Source of the DNA: Bugula neritina
Taxonomy: Eukaryota > Animalia > Bryozoa
Reading direction: 5' to 3'
Length of the DNA stretch: 64,000 nucleotides
Assembly: GCA_964035545.1 (NCBI GenBank)
Contig: OZ037771.1
Span: 9,541,408 to 9,605,407 of the forward strand
The notes below the pieces were generated by a model. That model did no database searches and was not told the origin of the DNA. It saw only the letters and a program-made list of their open reading frames with translations. The translations under genes were made by a program, and so were the position numbers. Every line of letters begins with the position of its first letter. Within the stretch, counting starts at the first letter, position 1. Positions 45,774 through 57,600 of this stretch are shown here, piece after piece.

Positions 45774-46308
45774 ATTATTTTTAAATTCACTGAAATATCT
45801 TTAACTAATCAACTAATCACTACAAACACAATATATATACAAACAGCAAAGATAAAGGAGATTTAGGACACAAAGGAAAACCACACAGCTATAAGAATAT
45901 TTACAAAACAGTTACATAACTGCATGATGCAATGTCATGCACATTACAAACTGTAGAGTTTTATTTATTTAATTTTATATTTTGTTCATAAAATCCTGTA
46001 TTTCATTTTTTGTATTTCACCATAATTATTTTACACCACCTAAATTTATTGTATTGTTTGTATTTTGTTTCTGTATTGGTATAATTTGTGTTAATTTAGG
46101 TTTCACGGTATATAAGATAGGTAAATAAAGAACCAGTGAACTACTCCATGCAGCACAGTGACACTTACTAATTAGTATCCAACCTCAGTCAGAGTTAAAT
46201 ACTCAATAGTGAAATCTCACACAACTCTACAGTGAAACCTAACAGTGAAACCTAACAGTATAAGTATTAGTATTACTATTAGTATTAAACTATGTCTATT
46301 AGTAATAT

Positions 46309-49300
46309 TGTAAAGAATTGGTATAGTTATTGTCAATATCGAAAGGATAACTCCTCGTGGCTTATTCTCTATACGCTTGGCATGATGTCTACAAGTGCAA
46401 AGGATCAATTATCGTAATAGCTGACAATTGGAATGCGTATAGTCTCTCTTATACTCGGCTGGACAATTATTTCTAGCTACTAATGTACGCAGTTAAACAA
46501 GGCAAGACTAGTCAATTAGGAACAATAGCTAGCGTTAGTAAATAGCCAATCAGCTTAGTAGAAGGTTTGAATAACTTGTGAGCAGTTAGCGTGCTCGATG
46601 AGCCGGCAGAGCAGCTTGGGACTGGTTATTGAGTAGTAGTGCATAGATTGCTCTGTATTATGTAATGGTGTAAATTAGTGTAGTAGTTTTATTTGCTGTA
46701 TTTTTCATAAATAATAAACTTTGATAATCGTGATAAACCTGGTGAAGTAGCTTTAAATAAGTAGACCCACACATTATAGTTGAAGAACAGTTGGGGAAAG
46801 CGGGTGTATACAGCTGGGAGGAAGGACAACTTCGGTCCGAATCCCTTAATGAGGCTGTTAACAACCTTCACGCAAACCCCACACTGCTCAAGAACGTCAA
46901 GGAGCTGTGTCAGCTCCAAGCTACGCTACCAGGGGTAGTAGCTGACCTAGTCCGGGCCAAGAAGGAGCGACGGCGGCCTAGTGAGGCCGAACAGCGGGTG
47001 AAGAGTGCAGAGTTTAAATACTTCTGCGACCGCTAGGACTCCCTCCGGTTTAACAGCGATGGGCTGCTGACGATAACGTTGGCAGCCGGCACCAATCGCC
47101 GTGAACGAGAGAGGGTAGTCTGTCCGTCTGCTGTGAGGCGGGAGTTGATCTGGGACACCCATAAACAAGCTCATGCAAGAGCTGGACGGCTGACTAGGTG
47201 TGTTCAACTACAGTGGTTTTGGCCCGGTATGACCCGGGATGTCCGACTCGGGGTGCGGAAGTGTGAGATATGCCAAGCTAGTAAGCATGGCCGCTCCACT
47301 GTGACCGCAGGGAGGCACCGCCTCCATGCCGGTCGTCCGTGGCAGGTAGTCGCTGTAGATCTGGTAGGCCCCATGCCCACAACAGTGAGAGGTAATAACT
47401 GGATACTGGTATTAACTGACCATTTCACGCGGTGGGCTGATGCCCTTGGTTATTCCAGATTCGTCGGCCCCCTCGGTGGCCAGAGCCTTGGATCAGCAGG
47501 TATTCTGTTATTTCGGCTTGCCGGAGCAGATACACTCTGATCAAGGCGCCCAGTTTCAGTCGCAACTTATGAGCAATCTCTGTAAAACGTGGGGGGTAAA
47601 CCAGAGTCGGATGACCCCGTATCACCCGCAAGGGAACGGGGTTGTGGAGCGGAACAACCGCATGCTAAGGGACTCACTGAGAAGCCTGCTTATCGGTAGG
47701 AGCCAGAAAGAGTGGGACTTGGTACTGCCGCAAATTATGCGAGCTTACCGTAGTACCCCTCACTCCAGTACACTGGAGACCCTTAATTTTCTCATGCTGG
47801 GGAGAGAAACAAGGGTTCCTGAGCACGTAACCTATCATGTTCTGACTCCAGAGAGCAACGTCCTTGATTACGTGGACGAGCTCGTGAAGCACATGAGGAC
47901 GGCTCACGAGGTGCTACGTGAGCAGCAATGGCAGGTCAGGAGTGGTGACTCTGATGACCCCCTTTTGTATAAGGTGGGAGACTGGGTCTGGATGACCAGT
48001 CATCGCCGGCCGTGCAGACAGGCGGCTAAGTTGCAGCCGAAGTTCGTGGGTCCTTATTGGGTGATTGAGGTGATGCCTAATTACACCTACAAAGTGGAAC
48101 GGTCTGGACAAGTGTCGGTCCAGAACGAAGCACGGCTGAAACCTTACTGGGCGAGCCCTGATGCAGCAGGTCAAGCACCTCCTCTCTTAGAGCCTGCTAG
48201 ACGCCCTCCTATGAGGGGGCGAGGCATGGCATACAGAGAGATAGAAGAGATACTGCCAGGTCAGGAGGGAGCAGCCGACGCGCCGCCCGACCCGCCCAGG
48301 CCACCTCCACCCCAGGAAGAGGAGATCGACACACCGGAAGACCAGTCCGAGCCGGCCCCACCACCAGTGAAACCGGCCGACACTCCTGTCGCCCCGGATG
48401 AGATGGAAATTCCTCAATTTCATGAGGAAGAGGCCACTGAGAGGACACCACTCGTACTGGTGGACACCCCCGTGATGGTAGAGTCACCAGCAGCAGCGAA
48501 TCACCCAGTACTGTTGGAGCGTAGTCAACGTACTAGGGCGCCACCATCTTATTTACAAGACTTCTGGTGTGACTTGGTTGACATGCATACTATACTATAA
48601 CCTGTCAACCAGCACAATAGAAGTCTGGGGGGGGGCAGCTATTGAGAGTTGCGGTTCCTCGATATCGAGAGACTCAACTGTGAGTTGCGGGCCCCAGTTG
48701 GCGTGTATAATTACGTCAACTGGGAGGACAACAAGGGCGAAGCCAGCCACCGAGGGAGGGTTATTGCATCACCCCTCCTATCGTGTGGAACGCCCTTACC
48801 AGTTGTAACTGTCAAGGTGAACACACACTTGTGACAGTTGGCAAACTACGAACCCTAAGTGGACAGTAGGGCTAACATAGCGACTGTCCTATGGGAAGTC
48901 TACTAGTGCAATTCTTTTATTCAAGTAGAATTTAGACCAGTAGCCAATTGCCGTCTCGCTCTGTCATGGGATAGAGCTGGAGCTCCTGATGTCAGGTAAT
49001 TTTGCTGACGACTTAGAGTGAGGCGGTCGCCCGAATGATTCTGGTAATCAGTGGGTTGTTAGACTGCGGGACTCAGTCGTCGGTGTCGTACTGACTGGGT
49101 GGAGTCCCCTACAACAGAAGCTGAGAGCTCTGTTGAGGGTGAGACTGTTCAAGGTTGAGGAACTAGAAGATAGATCCTACCATCACCGTCACGCAGCCAC
49201 ACCCCCTCCTCTCTCGGTGACCGTTATGGACTAATATGCGACATGGATTAATTCGTAAAAACTCTCATATAGAGCAGGTGGCTGACGTGAGCAGCAGGCA

Positions 49301-50159
49301 GTTTGGCCCTGTTATTTCATCTGCCTTGCCGCAGGATTGCGATATTTCATCGATGGTGCTCTCGCCGGTTATATTGCTGTTTTGTACTAGTATTTTATGC
49401 TGTAATATTTTATGCTGTTTACTTTGTGTGTGACTTTTCTTTTGTGTATCCCTTTATTATTCTGTTTTACGCTTTCATCATTATGCGCCGGCCAACGACA
49501 CTTGCTGTCTATCGTGCTTTATCTGGGCGGTCAAGATCCTAGGCGCCAGAGACCAGGATGTCAAACATGAACTATGCTTATGCTGTCACATTGGCCCAAG
49601 ACTTGGGCCTGCTACCTAGTTTTACAGAAGTTTCAGTAGGGAGTGTACCTTTCGATAGGTGGGGAGGATGTAAAGAATTGGTATAGTTGTTGTTATTATC
49701 GAAAGGATAACTCCTCATGGCTTATTCTCTATACGCTTGGCATGATGTCTACAAGTGCAAAGGATCAATTATCGTAATAGCTGACAATTGGAATGCGTAT
49801 AGTCTCTCTTGTACTCAGCTGGACAATTATTGCTAGCTACTAATTTACGCAGTTAAACAAGGCAAGACTAGTCAATTAGGAACAGTAGCTAGCGTTAGTA
49901 AATAGCCAATCAGCTTAGTAGAAGGTTTGAATAACTTGTGGGCAGTTAGCGTGCTCGATGAGCCGGCAGAGCAACTTGGGACTGGTTATTGAGTAGTAGT
50001 GCATAGATTGCTCTGTATTATGTAATGGTGTAAATTAGTGTAGTAGTTCTATTTGCTGTATCTTTCATAAATAATAAACTTTGATAATCGTGATAAACCT
50101 GGTGAAGTAGCTTTAAATAAGTAGACTCATACATTATAGTGAACTGCAATATCACTACA
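46309..50159 (+). mobile_element. Ty3/Gypsy element D, deleted from the end of the 5' LTR through RNase H
   Basis: LTRs 46309-46780 (last 19 bp missing) and 49669-50159, with about 15 mismatches over 472 bp. PPT aggtggggagga, perfect TSD ATAT. The integrase region is nearly intact. Confidence 0.95.
46781..48600 (+). pseudogene. pol: Integrase of element D (HHCC, DDE core, GPY/F, Pro-rich tail); one stop and one frameshift
   Basis: THKQAH...CEIC, VAVDLVGP, IHSDQGAQF, NGVVERNN, FVGPY, LERSQRTRAPPSYLQDF. Confidence 0.93.
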
Positions 50160-52152
50160 ATATTGTATAAGCATTACCAATACTAATAGTAATACAGTAT
50201 TACTAGTAGACATAGTGATACTGATAGTAATACTAATACTTAACTAATACTATTAGTTATAGTTATACTAAATATAATTGTAATACTAATTGGTAATAGT
50301 TAGTAATACTATTACCAATAGTAATACTTAAGTATTACTAATACTGTAATACTAATAGTAATACCAATAGTAATAACGATAACTAATACTAGTACTAATA
50401 CTAATACTAATGTGATACTAAATCTAATCAAAATTGGCTATCGAAAAGCTTGGAATAATGCCACTAGCAACCAGAAGAAAATTAAACGAATCTGCCTGGC
50501 TGTCTATTTCTCCAGTGTCGGTAACCGACACTCGGTCTGTCCGCATCCACCTGCCCAACTCGGTCCAACTGTCGGTTTACATGAATCAGCAAAAATGAAC
50601 CCAACCAAGTGTATTGTAACTTGTAATTAGGAAAAAGCGATTAATTATTTACTATGCGAAAAGCTTAACAATAGCCATAGCATTTAAGGTATTAGAAAGT
50701 TACACCACAGACTTAGCTATAACTACAGTATTTAGAAAAATAGCCACAGTAACGTGCCAAGGGGGATAACTCTGATATTTACCACAATATTACCCAACAC
50801 TCAACAAATCATATAAACACCTGATCAAACAAACATTGTCTACAGTTTAGACTAGGTCTCAGGCTCAAAAATACATATTCCAATAGTTTACTACCACAGA
50901 CAATTGGAGATTTGAGCATTGGGATCATCTACAGCAACCACAGTGCGGTCCTATACTGCGCTCTCGCCACAGACAGGATAAGCAGGCCTGTTTTGCATCC
51001 ACTGTACATTATTTTTAAGTAGATTTTTACTGACACAGGTACATACATGTAACCCATAATTAAAAAGGTATTGCACCCCTTCTACCCAACAAAAATTTAA
51101 CAGGTATCAACAGGTAGTACTAATACTAATAGTAATACTAATAGTAAGGTAGTAATAAACAATGATTATATTTATAATTATAAAAATAAAATAATACTGG
51201 CCATACCTATGTTAAAGCTAAATGCAATATCATTATCATAGAGTTTTGTCACTAGTGTTTTTGTTTAACTTCCTATTCTTATATTTACTGTAGACATATA
51301 CCAACACTCATATTCATATTCATTCAAAACTGCCTGTCATTTATTTTTAAGATAGGAATCTAGCATGTGGCATATCCATTCTCGAGAAAAGTGCAGCGCA
51401 ATAACAGTTCAAGTTTGCATCAATATACCTGAAGTTGCTGATGTTCCACCACTATTTAATTTAACATTTTTACTGACTAAAGTTGTGACTGCTATCTCAT
51501 CAAAGAGTAAATAATATGTATATGCTAGCTTCCACTGCTGCATTGCTCAGTGGTCAACAAAATGTTGGGCAAATTTGTTGAAATACTAATAGGTGCTACC
51601 ACTTGAATGTTTGTCTCAGAAAGATAATGCTGTTTTACAGTTTGGATTTATCATCAACAACTAAACTCCGAAAAACTTTTGAGATAGCGCTTGAACAGGT
51701 ACAGATGTGTTATTATGGGAAAGGCAACTCCTAAATTTAGAGTGATTAACCATTTTTTCCATCAGCATCAAGTTCCGTTTACTCAGCTCTCCTGTCTAAC
51801 ATTGAATTCTTTTAATTATTGAATAAATATTGGCTCAACCATAAATGAACTCTAATGCTAGGTTCTAACTTACTGCTATTGCTCATGTTTATATCGCTTA
51901 GCACTATAACTTGTGTCCATTTTACTATAGAGCAGCAGTGTTCCAAGAAATTTTATATTGGGAACTTGGAAGTTTTAGTTGATGAGTGGAAATTTCAAAA
52001 ACCTGAATATGGAGAGTCAAACTGGTAACGTCTGCCCTGCCTCTATTGGACTTGACCGTTACTGGAATCACTACCAATATGTACAAAGGTTAGTGTTTTG
52101 CATCAGGGTGTTGTAACCTCCTGTCTGATATATGTGTGTGTGCGCGCGTGCG

Positions 52153-53324
52153 TGCGACCTGGTACCCCAAACAAGGGATGTATATAAAATTTTGAAAACT
52201 TAGTTCTTGCTATGGGGTGACAGAGCAGACCTTTCCAAACATTTTGCACTTTTTGTTTGAAGTCTCTAGCACAAATATAACTCGAGATATCAGTATTTAA
52301 AAACTTTAGCTTTATTAGAATTCACATTTTACTGTTAGTAGTGTGAATGATTGTTTTGAGTGTAATTACCTGTGTTGTTGTGATTTTCAAGCTTGAACGC
52401 TAAAGTTGAAGATTAAGTTCAGCATTTATCACCAAAGGGCAAAACAACTCATTAACTAATTGCATTGAAAGCTAACTTTGCATGGAGCACTATGAAAAAC
52501 TAAAACTAGCCTTCGGTTTTAAATATGATACTTCTGACAATACTAAGAAAGAGGTGTAATCTAAATTCATTTGATAAAAATTAAATTTGCAAGATCTCAC
52601 GCTATAAAAAATGACTAAAGTTGTCTTCTTTCTTTATTTGATAACTTTGCAATTTTTTCATCATTTAAAAAAAATTGATTGCCTTGGTTACCAACTTTAA
52701 ATACATTTTTAGAGCTGAAGGAGTTATCAAATGCTTGCGAAAATATGATGTTTGAAATCCTTGGAATTTTTTGTGTCAGGAAAGTTTAAAATCTAAAAAT
52801 TGGAAATTACTTTCAAATTTCAGTATTGGGTCATTTTACTTAATTTAGTACACACCGGAAGTTTCCAGTTTTTAGCTATTTTTCACAATTTAGCTGCTAA
52901 TGAACAAGAGTTTTTGCCCAAAACTAGTTAAATGTCAATCAACGCACACAAATAATTGAGGTTCTTTTTAATTTTGATTGATTTTCCATGTTTTTTCCTA
53001 ATTATTTAGCTACTTTTGATTGCAGACCGTTATGGTTTTTTCGTAACGGTCTGCAATCAAAAGTAGCTGAATAATTAGGAAAAAACATGGAAAATCAATC
53101 AAAATTAAAAAGAACCTCAATTATTTGTGTGCGTTGATTGACATTTAACTAGTTTTGGGCAAAAACCCTTGTTCATTAGCAGCTAAATTGTGAAAAATAG
53201 CTAAAAACTGGAAACTTCCGGTGTGTACTAAATTAAGTAAAATGACCCTATTTCCAAATTAAACCTTCATTTACTACGCTTTATAAACGCCGCCACATCC
53301 CCGGTTTTGTCGCAACTGGTCACA
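52153..53324. mobile_element. Non-autonomous DNA transposon-like element with TG(C/T)GACC termini, between dinucleotide repeats
   Basis: The left end tgcgacctggtaccccaaacaagggatgt resembles the reverse complement of the right end, tgtgaccagttgcgacaaaaccggggatgt. No coding remnant recognised. Confidence 0.55.
52828..53248. repeat. Near-perfect long inverted repeat (205-bp arms, 11-nt spacer)
   Basis: Arms 52828-53032 and 53044-53248 with two mismatches found; spacer tggttttttcg. Confidence 0.95.
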
Positions 53325-53327
53325 CAC

Positions 53328-53657
<330 letters not shown>

Positions 53658-53791
53658 GTATGTATTTTAGTGCACATGCACTCTTCATTTAGCTCAAGTT
53701 TTTCCGCTACTGCCTCAAGTATAAGTTTAGGACATTACAGTGTTAATCTATTGACCAACAATATTTTGCAATTCAATTACCTGCTTGTTAT

Positions 53792-54160
53792 TGTAATGGT
53801 TATCGGAAGTGAAGTCCCAATACCCTACTGTATAATAACTACAAACATGGCGTTTTTTCTATTAGTCCCTTCGTTTGGTATGTGGAGAGGTAATGTGACT
53901 GGCACGTAGTAACAAATGTAATCTAATCAGCTGTAGGAAAGGCACATGATCAACTCTCTTATAAGTAGGGCTTTCCACGCACTCAGTAGACCGGCTAGGC
54001 TGACAGTATACACTTTAACACTTATTTCTTGTTTTGTTCTATAACTAATGTAAACCTTTTATTTCTTGTATTTTGTTTCTAAATATATATCTACTATTCT
54101 CACGTTCTCAATTACACTCGGTTTGATTACATAACACATCAGGGTTGCCAGAGTATAACA
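53792..54160 (+). mobile_element. Solo LTR related to the element A LTR
   Basis: Starts tgtaatggttatcggaagtgaag (cf. tgtaatggctagcggaagtggaag) and shares cttataa, act.atgtaa..ct.ttt and acactcgg blocks. The right end is uncertain. Confidence 0.6.
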
Positions 54161-54162
54161 TG

Positions 54163-54340
54163 TAGAGCTGAGTCCAAGTTACTCAAACTCAAATGATTTG
54201 CTCGAATAATTGAAGTTATTTGACTCAATTTGAATCGATTTCATTTATTTATTGACTTGACATTATTCTATCTGGACTATTGCTTGGCTTGACTTTACTT
54301 GGTTAGCTTTTAATTTGACATGACTTGTAACTCAGCTCTG
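54163..54340. mobile_element. MITE with AGAGCTGAGT termini
   Basis: agagctgagt...actcagctct with internal gacttg repeats. A similar end occurs at 34367. Confidence 0.55.
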
Positions 54341-54346
54341 ATAATA

Positions 54347-54557
54347 GAAAAAACCCACACAAGTAGCCATCCTTGTGAGAAAACCCTAATGGAAGGGGTT
54401 TTTAGTAAATTGGGCTGAGGAATTAATCAGATGGGGCACAGGAGCTATTATGACAGGACGCTCTTCCTAACATCACCAATGGCCTTTGTCAGGGCTCGAA
54501 TTCATGACTCCGTGTTTACTAGGCAAACACTCTGACCCCTAGACCACAGCTGCTCTC
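54347..54557 (-). mobile_element. tRNA-derived SINE
   Basis: On minus: A box tgtggtctagggg, B box gaattcgagccc, then ccattggtgatgttaggaagagcgtcc, which resembles the GGAAGGGCATCC core of conserved-domain metazoan SINEs. A second copy lies at 20871. Confidence 0.75.
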
Positions 54558-54624
54558 TGTTCAGCTTGGATAATACGAGGAAACTAAATCAAAACATATT
54601 CACCCAAATACATTGGAAAGTATA

Positions 54625-57600
54625 ATGCAAGCGAATATCACGTAATTCTGTCGTTTATTAGTATTTCTGTCTAAGTGTATAGATGACTCCTACTTTTTCT
54701 GTTTATACCAGTGGTCATTCCACTTTATCTATAAGGCTTTTCCTGTGAGCTTCATAATATATTTATTGTATAGGTGGCTCAAAAAACACCACCAAGTACT
54801 CAAAGAAGCTGAAAGCAGTTATGATAAACTAAGACATTGCTCTTGCCATACAGTTGAGGTGCCACCAGCTCCATCATCATTCAACAAAAGTCACTCAGTT
54901 AGCCTCCAAAATCTTCAAAAATGGTAAATATTGTAAACATGTTTTCTAACCATCTCTATTTTACATGTCTGGCTCAAGAATCACCGCTAATTTCATGCAG
55001 CATGTGTTTATAAGTTTAAAAAGTTCATTATAAAACTTGGCTATTTGGCTAGGTATACTCACATAACAGAAGCTCCTTTAGTATTATCTAAAAGGATTAA
55101 TAATAAAATGTCAAAGAGAATGTAAAGGTATTCTTTATTTGCAAAACAAAGGTAATCAGTTTCTTGGGTAATATAGTCATTGTATACACAGTGTAGTACT
55201 ATATAGTATATACTACTGTATACCCATTGTAGTACTATATAGTACTGTATACACAATATTATGGTACTACTATATTGTGTACTGTAGTATAGGGATAATT
55301 TAAACTATGCATTCAAAGCATCAATATATGTTTATAGCCGACAACCTTCTGCCTCTAAAAGCATGACTAAACCACACAAAAGAGAAGCTAGGCGAAAACG
55401 CAAGACAGGAATTAACTCTGGAATTTCTGCACATACCGTTGCTGAAAAAGTTGAAGTTACTTTGAATGATGAGTACTTGGAGTTCATGTTGCAGTCAGCT
55501 AGGCATCGCAAAGAACGAGGTAAATCATATCCATAAACAAGGTAAAATGCAGCTATTGATCATTTGTAGTGGAGCACGCAATACACGCCTCCACGTGTCC
55601 CCTAGCCAATGAGAGATGCGTCAGGTGACAACCCCCAGCGATGCGTAACTAGAAAGTTGTTGTAATAGAGAGAGCGTACGAGTAACTAGTGAGGATGTAA
55701 TTCATTTAATCTGTGTGTTTTCTTGTATAATTTTATTAGTATGTAACTGTAAATAAATATCTTTTAATCCTATCACAAGCCCTATATTGCTGCGGATAAC
55801 CAAATCATAATTACAAGCTAGGAACCACGCATTAACATTGTGTAAATCACAACAGTGGTGGCAGAGTGGGATCCTAGCTACTGTTTGGAGACGATGGAAA
55901 AACATTGGAACATCATGGCCGAAAGTACAGCTTCAACTGAAGAAGGTGAGCGAGACATTATCATAAACCCTCTCGAGGCCGAAGAGGAGGCATATAAATA
56001 TACATTAGGAGCCCCCGCCTTCACAGGCCTTGAAGATGTTAAACAATTTATTCGGGAATTCAATGAAGTTGCAGCCATTACAAGATGGCCGCCGAGAGTA
56101 GCCCTGATAAAGCTACAGATGGCACTGACGGAACAAGCCAGGCCGTACGGACTGAGACCCAGCGTAGACGGGATCATCGCTGCGCTACGGGCCCGTTTTG
56201 GCATACCTGCCGCAGACGCCAAGGCCCGTTTACAGGGACTGCTCCGCAAAACATGTACACCACTCCCGGACCACGCTACCCTGGTGAAGAGACTGGCACG
56301 GATCGCGTATAGCGACCTGCCAGAAACACACAGACGACGCTATACGTTCGAGGCTTTTGTACAATCCCTCAACAACTTGGGCTTCCACCACCAGTTACAA
56401 GCGAGAGGAGTGACCACGATAGAGGCTGCACTACAGGAAAGCGAGGCTTATCTGGGGGCCGAGCAACTCTGTCGAGCGATAGAGACTACCCCGCGAGCCA
56501 CTAGAGGACCAGACCATCCGGTCCGAGTAGCTGCTGCTACTACTAGCCCTTCTTTGGAGACAGAGGTCGACCGCTTAATGACTATGCTGGAACAATTGGT
56601 GGCGACCATAACATACAGCAATCCCACGGGATACAAGAGACCAGGAGTAGAGACTCCCAGACCAGCTGCCCGTTGCTGGAGATACGGCACAAGGGGACAC
56701 CTCCGCTCGAGCTGTCCACGACCTAAGAAGCGGCAGAAACCCCACGATCCACGGAAGCCCCCCAGAACTCCGCGGGCCAAAGAAGAAGGAAAAGCAAGGT
56801 GGATACCGCCAGGCGTCCGTACGGACCCAGCGGTACGCCCCCCACCAGTGGCAAACACCTCGTCGGACCAGCCAGCCAGACCGACAACAAGAACCCTTCT
56901 CACTGCTTCTCACTAACCGCTTCAGCCCGCTATCAGAAATAGAGCCGGCCAGCGAGGCCCCTTCGGGCATCGGAGGGGATCAACCCACCCCTCCGCAAGG
57001 AAACTCTCACCGGCCCCGCAAATCGCGAAACAAACGGGCACAACCCCGTTCGGCCGAGACCGAGCACGCTGGTGTAGTACGGGTACAGCCTCACGGAGAT
57101 AGCTACTTCTTGCCAGAAAAGGTGGCTGGCAAAGCTGTCACCTTTCTGCTAGACTCCGGGTGTACCACTAATCTGCTCAGCCGCTGGGTCTTCGACACCC
57201 TCCCCTCTAGGGAGAGGGGAGCCTTAGCTCCCTATACCGGGGAACCGGGCACCTTAGCTGACGGGTCGCAGATTCCATTCTATGGTATTATAGAGCTGAC
57301 TGGGCGCGTCTGCGACCAGGCTATCCAGGAAACCTTCGTCATCAGCCAACTCGAAGAGGATGCTATACTAGGGATGCCGTTCTTGAAGAGACACGGTTGC
57401 CGCATTGACTTTAGCAAGTCAGCCATGCTGATGGCCGGCAAGGAACTCACCTGTGTCGACAAGTTCAGCCGTCCCCTAGTCGGAGGCGTGCAGGTAGTAC
57501 GGAACTGTACAATACTCGGCCGCTCCCGGGCTACCATTCACTGTAGAGTGAACAATAGCCAACTCTCGGGGTTAGGGGTTGTCGAAGGTGCGCACACGAG

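Larger units (their letters stand above)
44427..45948 (-). mobile_element. Internally deleted Gypsy element C (different family) with a tRNA-like sequence in both LTRs
   Basis: 3' LTR 44716-44427 (TGTAATGTG...CACTACA) follows PPT agggggaaa. The 5' LTR 45948-45704 is truncated. The interior encodes integrase remnants KECAVCRSID..QWEKGVLEV, IDVSHYNSVPYLTIIDCGP, LTDNGPCFRS and the tail RPVRNRRPPRWLADF*. No clear TSD. Confidence 0.85.

Noticed and set aside
51641-51698. Exon-like segment LDLSSTTKLRKTFEIALEQ with AG/GT ends
   Set aside because: No partner exons or recognisable homology, and its phase does not fit the GEMIN8 exon at 54774.
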